From NCBI RefSeq assembly GCF_000698785.1, contig NZ_CP007536.1, positions 210,001-242,000 of the forward strand: 32,000 nt of DNA, in the 5' to 3' direction. This document shows positions 14,319 to 22,499 of this stretch, one piece after another (position 1 is the stretch's first letter; every line of letters begins with the position of its first letter). The position numbers were made by a program, and so were the translations under genes. The stretch comes from Nitrososphaera viennensis EN76 (lineage in GTDB: Archaea; Thermoproteota; Nitrososphaeria; Nitrososphaerales; Nitrososphaeraceae). The notes under the pieces are model-generated. The model saw nothing but the letters and a program-made list of their open reading frames with translations. It had not been told where the DNA came from and made no database searches.

Positions 14319-14907
14319 TCCCGTTTTTATCTGGACTCCATGTCGGAGGCATTATCCATATCTTGCCGTCCTTGTCGACTTCAACGTTGAGCATCGGGAG
14401 CACGTTCGAGGGCGGGCCCTGGAGTGAAGCCGGCCCTGCAAATGCCTTGCCCGTCATCGGGTCGTACATGCTGCCATGACAGGGGCATTCTCCCCTCTTG
14501 CGGCCTGTGTCTGGAAAGTACTTCCAGAGGCACCAGAGGTGGAGGCACACCATGCTGTAGATGCGAAAAGCAGAGGCATCGTTCTTTGCACCGCCAAGCT
14601 CCTCTGGCAGCCTGATGAACTGCCATGTGCGGAAAGCCTCCTGGTTGAGGACCTCATCGTCGGTCTTGGGGTAGATGATTGCCTCAGAGTGGTTAACCGG
14701 AAAATCTTTAACGTTAGCCTGACTGCCGTCCGGGAGCTCCACGGGCTGCCTTTCGCTAAGGTTTCCCGTAGGGTTTGGAAGGAACTTGCCCCAGTCTACA
14801 AACGGCGTAAATGTCATGACGGTGCCAGCAGCAGCCATGAGCTTTAAAAAGTCACGCCTTGACACCTTACCTCCTGTCGGTGGTGGAGGAGTCTGCGCCA
14901 TATACAA
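14287..14907 (-). CDS. Rieske [2Fe-2S] protein with twin-arginine signal
   Basis: Tat motif SRRDFLKLMAAAG. Cluster boxes CLHLWC and CPCHGS. Confidence 0.9.
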   Translation of the reverse strand: MYMAQTPPPPTGGKVSRRDFLKLMAAAGTVMTFTPFVDWGKFLPNPTGNLSERQPVELPDGSQANVKDFPVNHSEAIIYPKTDDEVLNQEAFRTWQFIRLPEELGGAKNDASAFRIYSMVCLHLWCLWKYFPDTGRKRGECPCHGSMYDPMTGKAFAGPASLQGPPSNVLPMLNVEVDKDGKIWIMPPTWSPDKNGIVGYGRFLNV

Positions 14908-14948
14908 AAACTGGTTTTAATTTACTTAATAAACGTTTGTCCGAATAA

Positions 14949-15431
14949 TCAGCGCTTCTCGTTCCAAGGAGTGCCATCGAGTTTCGCGTATTTCAGGTAC
15001 GCTCCCATCCTGTCAGAGCCTGCCACGTTTGCGTTCTGCATGTTTGCTTCCACGAACACGGTCTGCAACATCTTGACTGCGCCCATGTCTGCGCCGGACA
15101 GGTTTGCCCACATGAAATTCGCCTTTGTGGCATCGGCGCCGGACAATTTGGCGCCCTTCATCTCTGCGTACATGAAAAGCGTCTCCTTGCAGTTTGCGCC
15201 CTCAAAGTTTGCGCCGCTCAGTTCTGCCTGCACAAAGTTTGCCCCTGAAAGATTTGCCTTGGAAAAGTTGGCGTTTGTAGCCACCACGCCGTTAAGGTAC
15301 GCGCCGGCGATGTTCTTGCCAGACAGATCTGCGCCGGTAAGGTCCAGCTTTGTCGTCAGGTTCTTCATCCTCCACGCGTTGAACTCTTGTACCTTGCCTT
15401 CAAGGAGCAGGTTCCGGGCCTCGGTTGACAT
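14949..15431 (-). CDS. pentapeptide-repeat protein
   Basis: Tandem A(D/N)LxG-type pentapeptides (ADLSGKNIAGAYLNGVVATNANFSKANLSGANFVQAELSGANFEGANC...). I chose the ATG at 15431 (MSTEARNLL); the longer ORF to 15536 would overlap the diphthine synthase 3' end. Confidence 0.85.
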   Translation of the reverse strand: MSTEARNLLLEGKVQEFNAWRMKNLTTKLDLTGADLSGKNIAGAYLNGVVATNANFSKANLSGANFVQAELSGANFEGANCKETLFMYAEMKGAKLSGADATKANFMWANLSGADMGAVKMLQTVFVEANMQNANVAGSDRMGAYLKYAKLDGTPWNEKR

Positions 15432-15474
15432 GATGATTTTCGTTTTGTGCAGCTTTTCTGCCACATATATAACT

Positions 15475-16545
15475 TCAGGGATTCCAGGGGTTGATCCCCT
15501 TCTGGAACCGGAGAGCGTCAACGAGGCCCTCTGCATAGCCGATGCTCAGGACTGCAAGCTCGTGCTTGCCCTGCCGCAAAAAGCGCTCGGCGTCGTCGAT
15601 ATAGTATTCGGCGTTGTCCAGGACTTCATGCATGCCTTTGTTCTCTTTTTTTTCGCCTTCCTTTCGCAGGATGTCCCGCATGTGCTGTACGGCCTCCCTG
15701 GCCTTTGGCGCATAGCGCTCTATCATCTGCGCTGAAATGCGCTTTACCGACGCCGCGTTGTCTACCGGGCTGTCAAGGCACACGGTCAGCGCTTCAAGGG
15801 CTTCTTCCTCTGTGAAATGCAGGCTAGCCGGCACGATGACCGAGTGCGGGCCCGTACCAAAGCCCACTCCTGCAAGCGACTTTATCTTGCCTGACACTAT
15901 GCGCGAGTCGTCAGAGCCGAGCCTTGACGCAACCACCACGAACGTCTCTTCTGAAAACACGCGGTGACGCAGATCGCGCTCGCAGTCAAGGAGCATCTTT
16001 AGTACAACTGCAGGATCAAGGAAGAACGGCTCGCCCGTCTTTTCGTCATGGCTGTATTCCGTCAGGATGAGCGTGTGGCTTCCCAAAAGCAGGTTGTCAA
16101 AGACCGTGTTGTAGACGCTTATCGCGGACTTTGGCTCCGACATCATCGTGACCGTCCTGCCGAACTTGTACATGTGCAGGCCGCATTCGCCCATTATTGA
16201 CGTTATTCCGGACGCGGCGTGCAGCACACTCGTCTTTATCGACGCTTTTGCAGCCCTTGTGCGCAGCTCCGTGTGGGTGGTGGCAAGGAGCGGGTCGCCG
16301 TAGGTGACAAGCGCTACCTGCTTTTCCCTTGCGGCGTCAAGCATCTCCCTTCCGTCCTCGACGAACCAGCGCTGGACCGGCTTGGCGCTCTTGCCTATTG
16401 CCGCGTTGATGCCTTCAAGGTCGCTGTCTGCAAGGGCGCTTGTGAACCGCTCGACAAAGACAATCTCGCACTTTTTCAACACCTGTACCGCCTCGAGGCT
16501 GAGCCCCCTGTGGCCGCTGATGCCTGCGCCTACCAACCAGAGCAT
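15475..16545 (-). CDS. dph5: diphthine synthase (Dph5) with ~95-aa C-terminal helical extension
   Basis: MLWLVGAGISG..., YGDPLLATTHTELRTRA and GLHMYKFGRTVT are typical of tetrapyrrole-methylase-fold Dph5. I chose the ATG at 16545 over the TTG at 16566. Residues from about 262 onward lie beyond the usual Dph5 length. Confidence 0.9.
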   Translation of the reverse strand: MLWLVGAGISGHRGLSLEAVQVLKKCEIVFVERFTSALADSDLEGINAAIGKSAKPVQRWFVEDGREMLDAAREKQVALVTYGDPLLATTHTELRTRAAKASIKTSVLHAASGITSIMGECGLHMYKFGRTVTMMSEPKSAISVYNTVFDNLLLGSHTLILTEYSHDEKTGEPFFLDPAVVLKMLLDCERDLRHRVFSEETFVVVASRLGSDDSRIVSGKIKSLAGVGFGTGPHSVIVPASLHFTEEEALEALTVCLDSPVDNAASVKRISAQMIERYAPKAREAVQHMRDILRKEGEKKENKGMHEVLDNAEYYIDDAERFLRQGKHELAVLSIGYAEGLVDALRFQKGINPWNP

Positions 16546-16584
16546 ATATCCAAAAGAAAGACGCAATGGCGCCTATATGATTTG

Positions 16585-17730
16585 TTACTTGCTTTTTTTG
16601 CCGCCGCTGTTGCCGTTCTGCTTGCGGATGTGGTGTATGCGCGACATGTGAAAGAGCGCCCTGCTGAACACCTCTATGCTATTGACGTACTCCTCGATGT
16701 TGACGCGCTCGTCGGCCGTGTGCGAAGCGTGCGGGTCGCCGGGGCCGTACGTGACGACCGGTATCTTGAAGGTGTTGCCAAGCACGTTCATGTCGCCTGT
16801 CCCTGTCTTGCGCAGGAGCACCGGCCGTTTTTTGCGGACATCCAATATGCCAAGCGAAAGCGCGCGGACAAGCGCAGAAGAATGGTCTGCCTCGAACGGG
16901 TCCGTCCTGTCCTCTATCCTGTAGGTCGCCTTTACACCCTTTTCCTTTGCTACCCTCGTGATGACGCCGTCTACAGTGTCAAGCACGTTCTGGCAGGTCG
17001 TCACCGTGGGTATGCGCATGTCTATCGTTATCTTGCACTTTTGCGGGGTCACGTTGTGGCTTGACCCGCCGCTTATCTCCGTCAGCGTGCAGCTGATCGA
17101 GTTGGCCTTGGTGTCCGCTGTTCCGACCCTTTCGATTTCAGCCTTGATTGCGCGCCAGAAATAGTGCATCTCTTCAATCGAGTTTCGCGCAAGCCATGGC
17201 GCGCTTGCATGCGCGCTGTCGCCCACGTCGCACGTGAGGCGTATGGCAAGCCTGCCCTTGTACGCAATGGTGATGTTGTCGATGCCTGAAGGCTCGCCAA
17301 ACATGGCATAGTCAAGCCCGATCTTGCTCTTGACGAGGTTCTTCACCCCCGTCGCGTTTCCCTCCTCGTCGACCACGCCGGCAAAAATCACGGTGCCGCT
17401 CTGCTTTGGAAACTGCGATGCGGCAAGGAGCATAGCTATCAGCGGCGCCTTTGCATCCGAAGCACCCCTGCCGTAGAGGTAGCCGTCTTCTATGCGCACA
17501 GGCACCTGCCCGGGCACCGTGTCCATGTGGCCGCACAGCAGTATGCGGGGCTCGCCGGTGCCCTTTGAAGCGATGACGTTTCCGACGCTGTCGATGCTGA
17601 CCTGCTCAAAGCCAAGCTCGTTTGTGCACTTGTCCTTTATCATGTTGGCAAGAGCGGCCTCGGACCTTGAAGGCGTGTACAGCTCCAGCGCCTTTTGCAA
17701 AAGCTCGACAGCGTAGCTTGGCGATACCAA
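16585..17730 (-). CDS. lysK: M20-family deacylase, [LysW]-lysine/ornithine hydrolase (LysK/ArgE-like)
   Basis: LLCGHMDTVP, GASDAKAP and VVDEEGN are metal-ligand motifs of M20 peptidases. The gene lies immediately downstream of lysX. TTG start at 17730. Confidence 0.8.
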   Translation of the reverse strand: MVSPSYAVELLQKALELYTPSRSEAALANMIKDKCTNELGFEQVSIDSVGNVIASKGTGEPRILLCGHMDTVPGQVPVRIEDGYLYGRGASDAKAPLIAMLLAASQFPKQSGTVIFAGVVDEEGNATGVKNLVKSKIGLDYAMFGEPSGIDNITIAYKGRLAIRLTCDVGDSAHASAPWLARNSIEEMHYFWRAIKAEIERVGTADTKANSISCTLTEISGGSSHNVTPQKCKITIDMRIPTVTTCQNVLDTVDGVITRVAKEKGVKATYRIEDRTDPFEADHSSALVRALSLGILDVRKKRPVLLRKTGTGDMNVLGNTFKIPVVTYGPGDPHASHTADERVNIEEYVNSIEVFSRALFHMSRIHHIRKQNGNSGGKKSK

Positions 17731-17739
17731 TTCTGCTTG

Positions 17740-18618
17740 CTACCTTTTGTTCAATGCAAGGGCGTAATCAACCATTTGGCCCGGGATGTCCACCCCTGTC
17801 ACGCGCACCGTGTTCTTGAACTCTGTCGTGTTGTTCACCTCGTGGACCATGAGGCCGTCCGCATCGCTTTCCATCAGGTCGACTCCGACTATCTGGCCGC
17901 CCACCGCTCGCGTGGCCTTCATGCAAATGTCTTCAAGCTCCTTTGTCACCGGACAGACCTCTGCGCGACCGCCAAGTGCCATGTTGGTCTTCCACTCGCC
18001 GTCGCCGGAGTAGCGGTATATCGCGGCAACAACATGGTCGCCGACCACGATGGCACGGATGTCCCGGGGCGGCCGCTTCACAAACTCTTCAAAGTAGTAG
18101 ATATGATACAATGGGAACATGTGCTCCCTGTCCTCGATTACCGCCCGCGCCGCGTCCCTGTCACGCAAAAGTCCTATCATCCTGCCCCAGCTGCCGACCG
18201 TCGGCTTTATCACCGCAGGATAGCCGAATTCTTCAAGCGCTGCTGCAGCAGATTCTTCTGAAAATGCGGCAATCGCTTTTGGCGTGTTGACCCCTGCCTT
18301 CTGAAACTCCATGTGTGCAAAGAGCTTGTTACCCGTGATGCTTGCGACCCGAAGCGGGTTTATCACGCTTGCGCCGAGGCCCTCAAGCGCGGCTGTCGCG
18401 TGCAGGCTCTTGAAATAAGAAACTGACCGCTGGAGCACTGTCCTGCCGGCGTATTTTTTCTTGCTGCCGTCGTCGTCGAGGCGGATCGTGAGGTTCTTGA
18501 CGTCAATGTTCTCCGTCTCGATGCCTTTTTTCTTGGCAGCCTCTATCAGGGACTTTTCCTCCCAGCGGATCGTATCGTACAGTATGGTAAGGGAATTGCC
18601 ACTACTGCCTGCGCTCAC
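17740..18618 (-). CDS. lysX: ATP-grasp ligase LysX/ArgX (RimK family), loads the amino-acid precursor onto LysW
   Basis: RimK-type ATP-grasp pattern (YPAVIKPTVGSWGRMI, GGQIVGVDLME, VHEVNNTTEF). The GTG start overlaps the lysW stop (GTGA). Confidence 0.85.
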   Translation of the reverse strand: MSAGSSGNSLTILYDTIRWEEKSLIEAAKKKGIETENIDVKNLTIRLDDDGSKKKYAGRTVLQRSVSYFKSLHATAALEGLGASVINPLRVASITGNKLFAHMEFQKAGVNTPKAIAAFSEESAAAALEEFGYPAVIKPTVGSWGRMIGLLRDRDAARAVIEDREHMFPLYHIYYFEEFVKRPPRDIRAIVVGDHVVAAIYRYSGDGEWKTNMALGGRAEVCPVTKELEDICMKATRAVGGQIVGVDLMESDADGLMVHEVNNTTEFKNTVRVTGVDIPGQMVDYALALNKR

Positions 18619-18782
18619 TGACCCCAGTCCTCGCCGACAACCTGAGCTGGTTTTATGTCAAAGCCTGACGCTGCTTTTACCAGTTCGTAGCTGGCGCCGC
18701 AGTCGGGGCACGTGACTATTTCGCCCTCTATCGAGTCGGCGGGAATCTTGATCTCTGCGTCACATTCTGGACAGTTGACCAT
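18615..18782 (-). CDS. lysW: amino-group carrier protein LysW (55 aa; below ORF-track cutoff)
   Basis: Hand translation: MVNCPECDAEIKIPADSIEGEIVTCPDCGASYELVKAASGFDIKPAQVVGEDWGQ. It has a CPEC...CPDC zinc ribbon and a C-terminal EDWG(E/Q) acceptor motif. AGGAG lies 9 nt upstream of the ATG. Confidence 0.85.
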   Translation of the reverse strand: MVNCPECDAEIKIPADSIEGEIVTCPDCGASYELVKAASGFDIKPAQVVGEDWGQ

Positions 18783-18788
18783 CTCGTT

Positions 18789-20015
18789 TTACTCCTTCTG
18801 CCCTATCTTCATGGGCGCGTCATTAAGTATCTTTCTCTCCAGCCTGTCGTCCAGGTACAATTCGAGTATGTCGCCCATGCGCAGCTCCTTCAGACCCTTT
18901 GCAAGCTGCTCGGCCTCATGCTTGCTTGTCTCCAGCCCAAGAAGGGAAAGCAGGTACGCCGCGCCGTTCTTGCCTGCAAGCTCGCCAAACACTATCTTGC
19001 GCCTGTTGCCTACCGCCTTGGGTTCCAGGATCTCGTACGCCGCCGGGTTGCGAAGGATTGCCGCAAGGTGCGTGCCGGCCTTGTGCTTGTACGCGCTGTC
19101 GCCGACGATGGGCTTTGACTCGGGGATGCCAAGGTCGACGTACTCTGACATGGTCCTTGACAGGTCCTTTATCATGTGGAGGCGCAGGTCGTTGTTGGCC
19201 CTGTAGATGAGCGAAAGCGCGACTGCAGTCTCGGCAAGCGCCGGGATTCCGGTGCGCTCGCCAAAGCCGTCTATCGTGGTGTGTATCTGGTCTGCCCCTG
19301 CCTCGCAGCCGGCAAGCGCGTTTGCCAGGGCAAGCCCAATATCGTTGTGGCAGTGCACGTCAAGAGACGTCTTGGACCTGTCGATGTTGTCGTACACCAT
19401 CTTTACCAGGCTGAACATGCCGCGCGGGCGCATGATGCCCACCGTGTCCGGGATGCTTATCCTTTCAATGCCGCGCCTGTTCATCTCCTTGCACATGTCG
19501 ATTAGGAACTCTGGCTCGGTCCTGCTTGCGTCCTCCATCGTAAAGCGCGACTTCAAGCCGTGCGACTTGATGTAATCCGCAACCTCTAGTGCGCGTATCT
19601 TGGCCTCCTCTCTGCTAATCTTTAGTTTTGCAGCAAGGTGGATGTCGGAAATGCCCATGTAGGTCGCAACCCATGTTGCGCCGCAGCCTATTGCAATGTC
19701 GACGTCCGATTTGATAGCACGCACATGCGCGACAATGTCAGCGCGCAGTCCCTGCTTGATTATCGTCTTGGTTGCCTCAACGTGGTCCGGCGAGACTACC
19801 GGGCTTATCTCTATCTGGTCGACTCCAAAAGAGTCGAGCATCCATGCTATCTGGATCCTCTGCTTTGTGGTAAAGTTGACTCCTGGGTGCTGCTCGCCTT
19901 CGCGGAGCGTGCTGTCCAGAATCCTTATCTTGCGGCCCGAAGTTGCGGCGTCCGGGCCTCCCATCCTATTGTACATGTGTGCGTAATAGTTCGGATCATC
20001 TGATTTTAGCGACAT
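18789..20015 (-). CDS. homocitrate synthase-like enzyme (LeuA/NifV/HCS family, no LeuA regulatory domain)
   Basis: RILDSTLREGEQ and HCHNDIGLALANALAGCEAGADQIHTTIDGFGERTG are DRE-TIM aldolase motifs. 408 aa. Genomic linkage to lysWXK favours homocitrate synthase over isopropylmalate or citramalate synthase, but substrate cannot be read from the sequence. Confidence 0.8.
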   Translation of the reverse strand: MSLKSDDPNYYAHMYNRMGGPDAATSGRKIRILDSTLREGEQHPGVNFTTKQRIQIAWMLDSFGVDQIEISPVVSPDHVEATKTIIKQGLRADIVAHVRAIKSDVDIAIGCGATWVATYMGISDIHLAAKLKISREEAKIRALEVADYIKSHGLKSRFTMEDASRTEPEFLIDMCKEMNRRGIERISIPDTVGIMRPRGMFSLVKMVYDNIDRSKTSLDVHCHNDIGLALANALAGCEAGADQIHTTIDGFGERTGIPALAETAVALSLIYRANNDLRLHMIKDLSRTMSEYVDLGIPESKPIVGDSAYKHKAGTHLAAILRNPAAYEILEPKAVGNRRKIVFGELAGKNGAAYLLSLLGLETSKHEAEQLAKGLKELRMGDILELYLDDRLERKILNDAPMKIGQKE

Positions 20016-20046
20016 TTTTGCTACCGTGTAACTATATTCGGACTTG

Positions 20047-20053
20047 ATATAAA
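20047..20053 (-). promoter_or_regulatory. TATA-like box (TTTATAT on gene strand) 31 nt upstream of the homocitrate-synthase-like ATG
   Basis: Plus-strand ATATAAA at 20047-20053, in the 159-nt intergenic region after argH. Confidence 0.3.
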
Positions 20054-20141
20054 CCTTATCGCAACTAAAACAGCGAATTCCACACCTTCTTTTAAAGAAA
20101 ACCGCTAATTGCGAGCTTGAAAACCACGAAAACCAACCTCG

Positions 20142-20155
20142 AAAAGGGGAAAAAG
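20142..20155 (-). terminator. T-rich tract (CTTTTTCCCCTTTT on gene strand) downstream of argH
   Basis: It begins 19 nt after the argH stop. Oligo-T is the established archaeal termination signal. Confidence 0.3.
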
Positions 20156-20174
20156 TGCGCTAACGGGCGTCCGG

Positions 20175-21653
20175 CTAGGCTTGCATGTACTTGGCGACGG
20201 TTTTCGCAAGGTTGTCAAGGCAGCCCTTGACGTATTTCGTCCTTTTCTTGGTGCCTTCGCGGTATCCTGCCACCCTTGACCTGGCCATCTTGATCATTTC
20301 ATCTTGTTCTTTGGGATTGGGCGAACCAGCAGACCTGCGGGACTCTATTGACTTTTCCGGCGTCATCTCTTTCACTATCTTTGCCAATTCGTCCGGCTTG
20401 ATTTCCTTCTGCTTGGCCTGCTCTAGCGCAATAGAGATGTCCTTTGTGCCAAGCGCCGCAAGGGGCACGTCCTTTTCTGCCGCGCGTGAAACAAGCGCGC
20501 CGACGACTTTGTGCGCGCTGCGGAACGGCACGCCATTTTTTGCCACAAGCTGCTCGGCAATATCAAGCGATATGGCGTAACTCTTTGCCGAAGTGTCGAG
20601 CATCTTTTTCTTTTTCACTGTCAGGGTGCTTATCACACCTTCCATCACCTTTAACGTGCTTATCGCAGTGGCAGACGCTTCAAGCAGCTGCGGCTTGACG
20701 TCCTGCAGGTCGCGGCTGTAGCCCGAAGGCAGGCCCTTGACCATTCCAAGCATGGACGCAAGCCTGCCTGCGATTATCGCGGCCTTGGCCCGCGTCAGCT
20801 CCAGTGGGTCCGGGTTCTTTTTCTGCGGCATTGCGCTTGAAGTAGAGCTGTATCGGTCGTCAAGCTCGACAAAGCCAAACTCCTGCGTGGACCATATTAT
20901 GAGGTCCTCTGCCATCCTTGCAAGCGTGGAGGCAAGTATCGCAAGGGCCGCAACGTATTCCACAAACGAGTCGCGGGAAGTGGTTGCGTCAAGCGAGTTG
21001 CGCACCAGCCCGTCAAACCCGAGGAGTATTGCCGTGCGCTTGCGGTTGATTCCGATGCTCGTGCCTGCGATGGCGCAGGCGCCAAGCGGCGACTGGTTTA
21101 TCCTGCCAAAAGTGTTGTAGATGCGCTCAAAATCACGGGAAAGCGCGTCCGCGTACGCAAGCATGACATGCGAAAACGTGCCCAGCTGGCCCTGCTGCAA
21201 ATGAGTATAAAGGGGCATTATCGCGTCCTTGTTTTTCTCTGCTTTTTTCACCAACGTGTCAATGAGGTCTGCAAGCGTAGCGCACAATTCGTTAATGTCG
21301 TCGCGCACCTTCATCCTGACATCAAGCACGACCTGGTCGTTGCGCGAGCGGGCGGTGTGCATCTTGCCACCCGCGTCGATCCCTGCCTGCTTTATCACAA
21401 ACGCTTCAAGGGCCTCGTGGATGTCCTCGGCGCCCTCCGTCTCGATGAGGCCCGGGTTCTTTTTTGCCGCTTCCAGGGCTGAAAGGATCTTTTTTAGCTC
21501 CGGCTGGCTGATGATGCCTATTTCGTGGAGCATCACCGAGTGGGCCTCGCTTCCTACAATGTCGTAGTAGAGTATGGACTGGTCGTGCTCTATCGACGAG
21601 AGGAACGCAAGCACGTCGTCGTCCATCCTGCCCTTCGGCCTTGAGCGGTACAC
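20175..21653 (-). CDS. argH: argininosuccinate lyase
   Basis: Fumarate-lyase signature SSAMPQKKNPD. TARSRNDQV and GSEAHSVML motifs. 492 aa. Confidence 0.95.
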   Translation of the reverse strand: MYRSRPKGRMDDDVLAFLSSIEHDQSILYYDIVGSEAHSVMLHEIGIISQPELKKILSALEAAKKNPGLIETEGAEDIHEALEAFVIKQAGIDAGGKMHTARSRNDQVVLDVRMKVRDDINELCATLADLIDTLVKKAEKNKDAIMPLYTHLQQGQLGTFSHVMLAYADALSRDFERIYNTFGRINQSPLGACAIAGTSIGINRKRTAILLGFDGLVRNSLDATTSRDSFVEYVAALAILASTLARMAEDLIIWSTQEFGFVELDDRYSSTSSAMPQKKNPDPLELTRAKAAIIAGRLASMLGMVKGLPSGYSRDLQDVKPQLLEASATAISTLKVMEGVISTLTVKKKKMLDTSAKSYAISLDIAEQLVAKNGVPFRSAHKVVGALVSRAAEKDVPLAALGTKDISIALEQAKQKEIKPDELAKIVKEMTPEKSIESRRSAGSPNPKEQDEMIKMARSRVAGYREGTKKRTKYVKGCLDNLAKTVAKYMQA

Positions 21654-21770
21654 GCAAGTGCATCGTTTTGCGCTTTATTTTAATATTTTACAACCAGCTA
21701 GCTGCCATCCATTGGCTTGTTAACAGAAGCTAGCTTGGGCGCTTGTATACATTTTAGCAATCAGTTCTGC

Positions 21771-22058
21771 ATGGAATCAGCGCTAGCGCCACCAGTGCGC
21801 CTGATAGAATACCCAAACGACCTTTCTGGATGCGACTCTGTCGAGATAGGAGGCAAGCGTCTGCTGTACATGTGCTCAAATAGCGACGCAGGCAAGCATT
21901 TTGTCATAGTCCTCGGCTATTACGCCGGACAGAGGGAAGACTTTGTTACAAAGGACCTGATAGAGCCGGTGGACGACTGGAGCAGGGCCGCAATAAAAGA
22001 GGTGCTTGCTAGGTCGCTTGCACAGGAATACGCCGACGCGCAGGTATTTTTCCTCTAA
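21771..22058 (+). CDS. hypothetical protein
   Basis: The ORF is open from 21717. The ATG at 21771 (MESALAPPVRLIEYP...) gives 95 aa. No recognisable motif. Divergent from argH. Confidence 0.35.
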   Translation: MESALAPPVRLIEYPNDLSGCDSVEIGGKRLLYMCSNSDAGKHFVIVLGYYAGQREDFVTKDLIEPVDDWSRAAIKEVLARSLAQEYADAQVFFL

Positions 22059-22128
22059 CACTTTTGTATTTTGCTGCCGTTCTTGTTAATGATTAAATAC
22101 GGTAGTTTTCCATCTATTTCCTAGAGAA

Positions 22129-22494
22129 ATGAGTACCGACGCCAAGAATGACGCTAATTCCACCCCTCAAAAGGGCGACGACCTGCAAGCGACCCGCAGG
22201 AAGATTTTCGACGAGTTGACCAAGATAGTCGACCCGGAGATCGGGGTATCGATAATGGAGCTAGAGCTGGTGGACAAGGTTGACATCAACTCTGGCAAGG
22301 TCGCAGTCGACTTGCATTTGACAAGCCCGTTCTGCCCCGCAGTGTTTGGCTTCAAGATCGCGCAGGACGTGCGCGACAACATCTACAAGCTGGCAGGCAT
22401 AAACGAGGTCAAGGTGCAGGTGAGCAACCACTTTATGGCAGACGCCATAAACAAGCAAGTGAACGAGAGCAAGTACCCTGCAAAGGCCGCCTGA
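22129..22494 (+). CDS. DUF59/MIP18-family Fe-S cluster assembly protein (SufT/PaaD-like)
   Basis: VDPEIGVSIMELELVDKVDI...VAVDLHLTSPFCPAV is the canonical DUF59 pattern, including the conserved Cys. Confidence 0.8.
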   Translation: MSTDAKNDANSTPQKGDDLQATRRKIFDELTKIVDPEIGVSIMELELVDKVDINSGKVAVDLHLTSPFCPAVFGFKIAQDVRDNIYKLAGINEVKVQVSNHFMADAINKQVNESKYPAKAA

Positions 22495-22499
22495 CGCTA

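Noticed and set aside
14971-17064. Long plus-strand ORFs 14971..15735 (254 aa) and 16219..17064 (281 aa)
   Set aside because: They are antisense to well-supported genes (pentapeptide repeat, dph5, lysK). Their composition (Ala/Arg/Leu/Val-rich, low complexity) is typical of shadow ORFs opposite GC-biased codons, and no motifs are recognisable.
17695-19206. Plus-strand ORFs 17695..18261 and 18712..19206
   Set aside because: They are antisense to lysX and to lysW plus the homocitrate-synthase-like gene. They are Arg/His/Ser-rich shadows without motifs.
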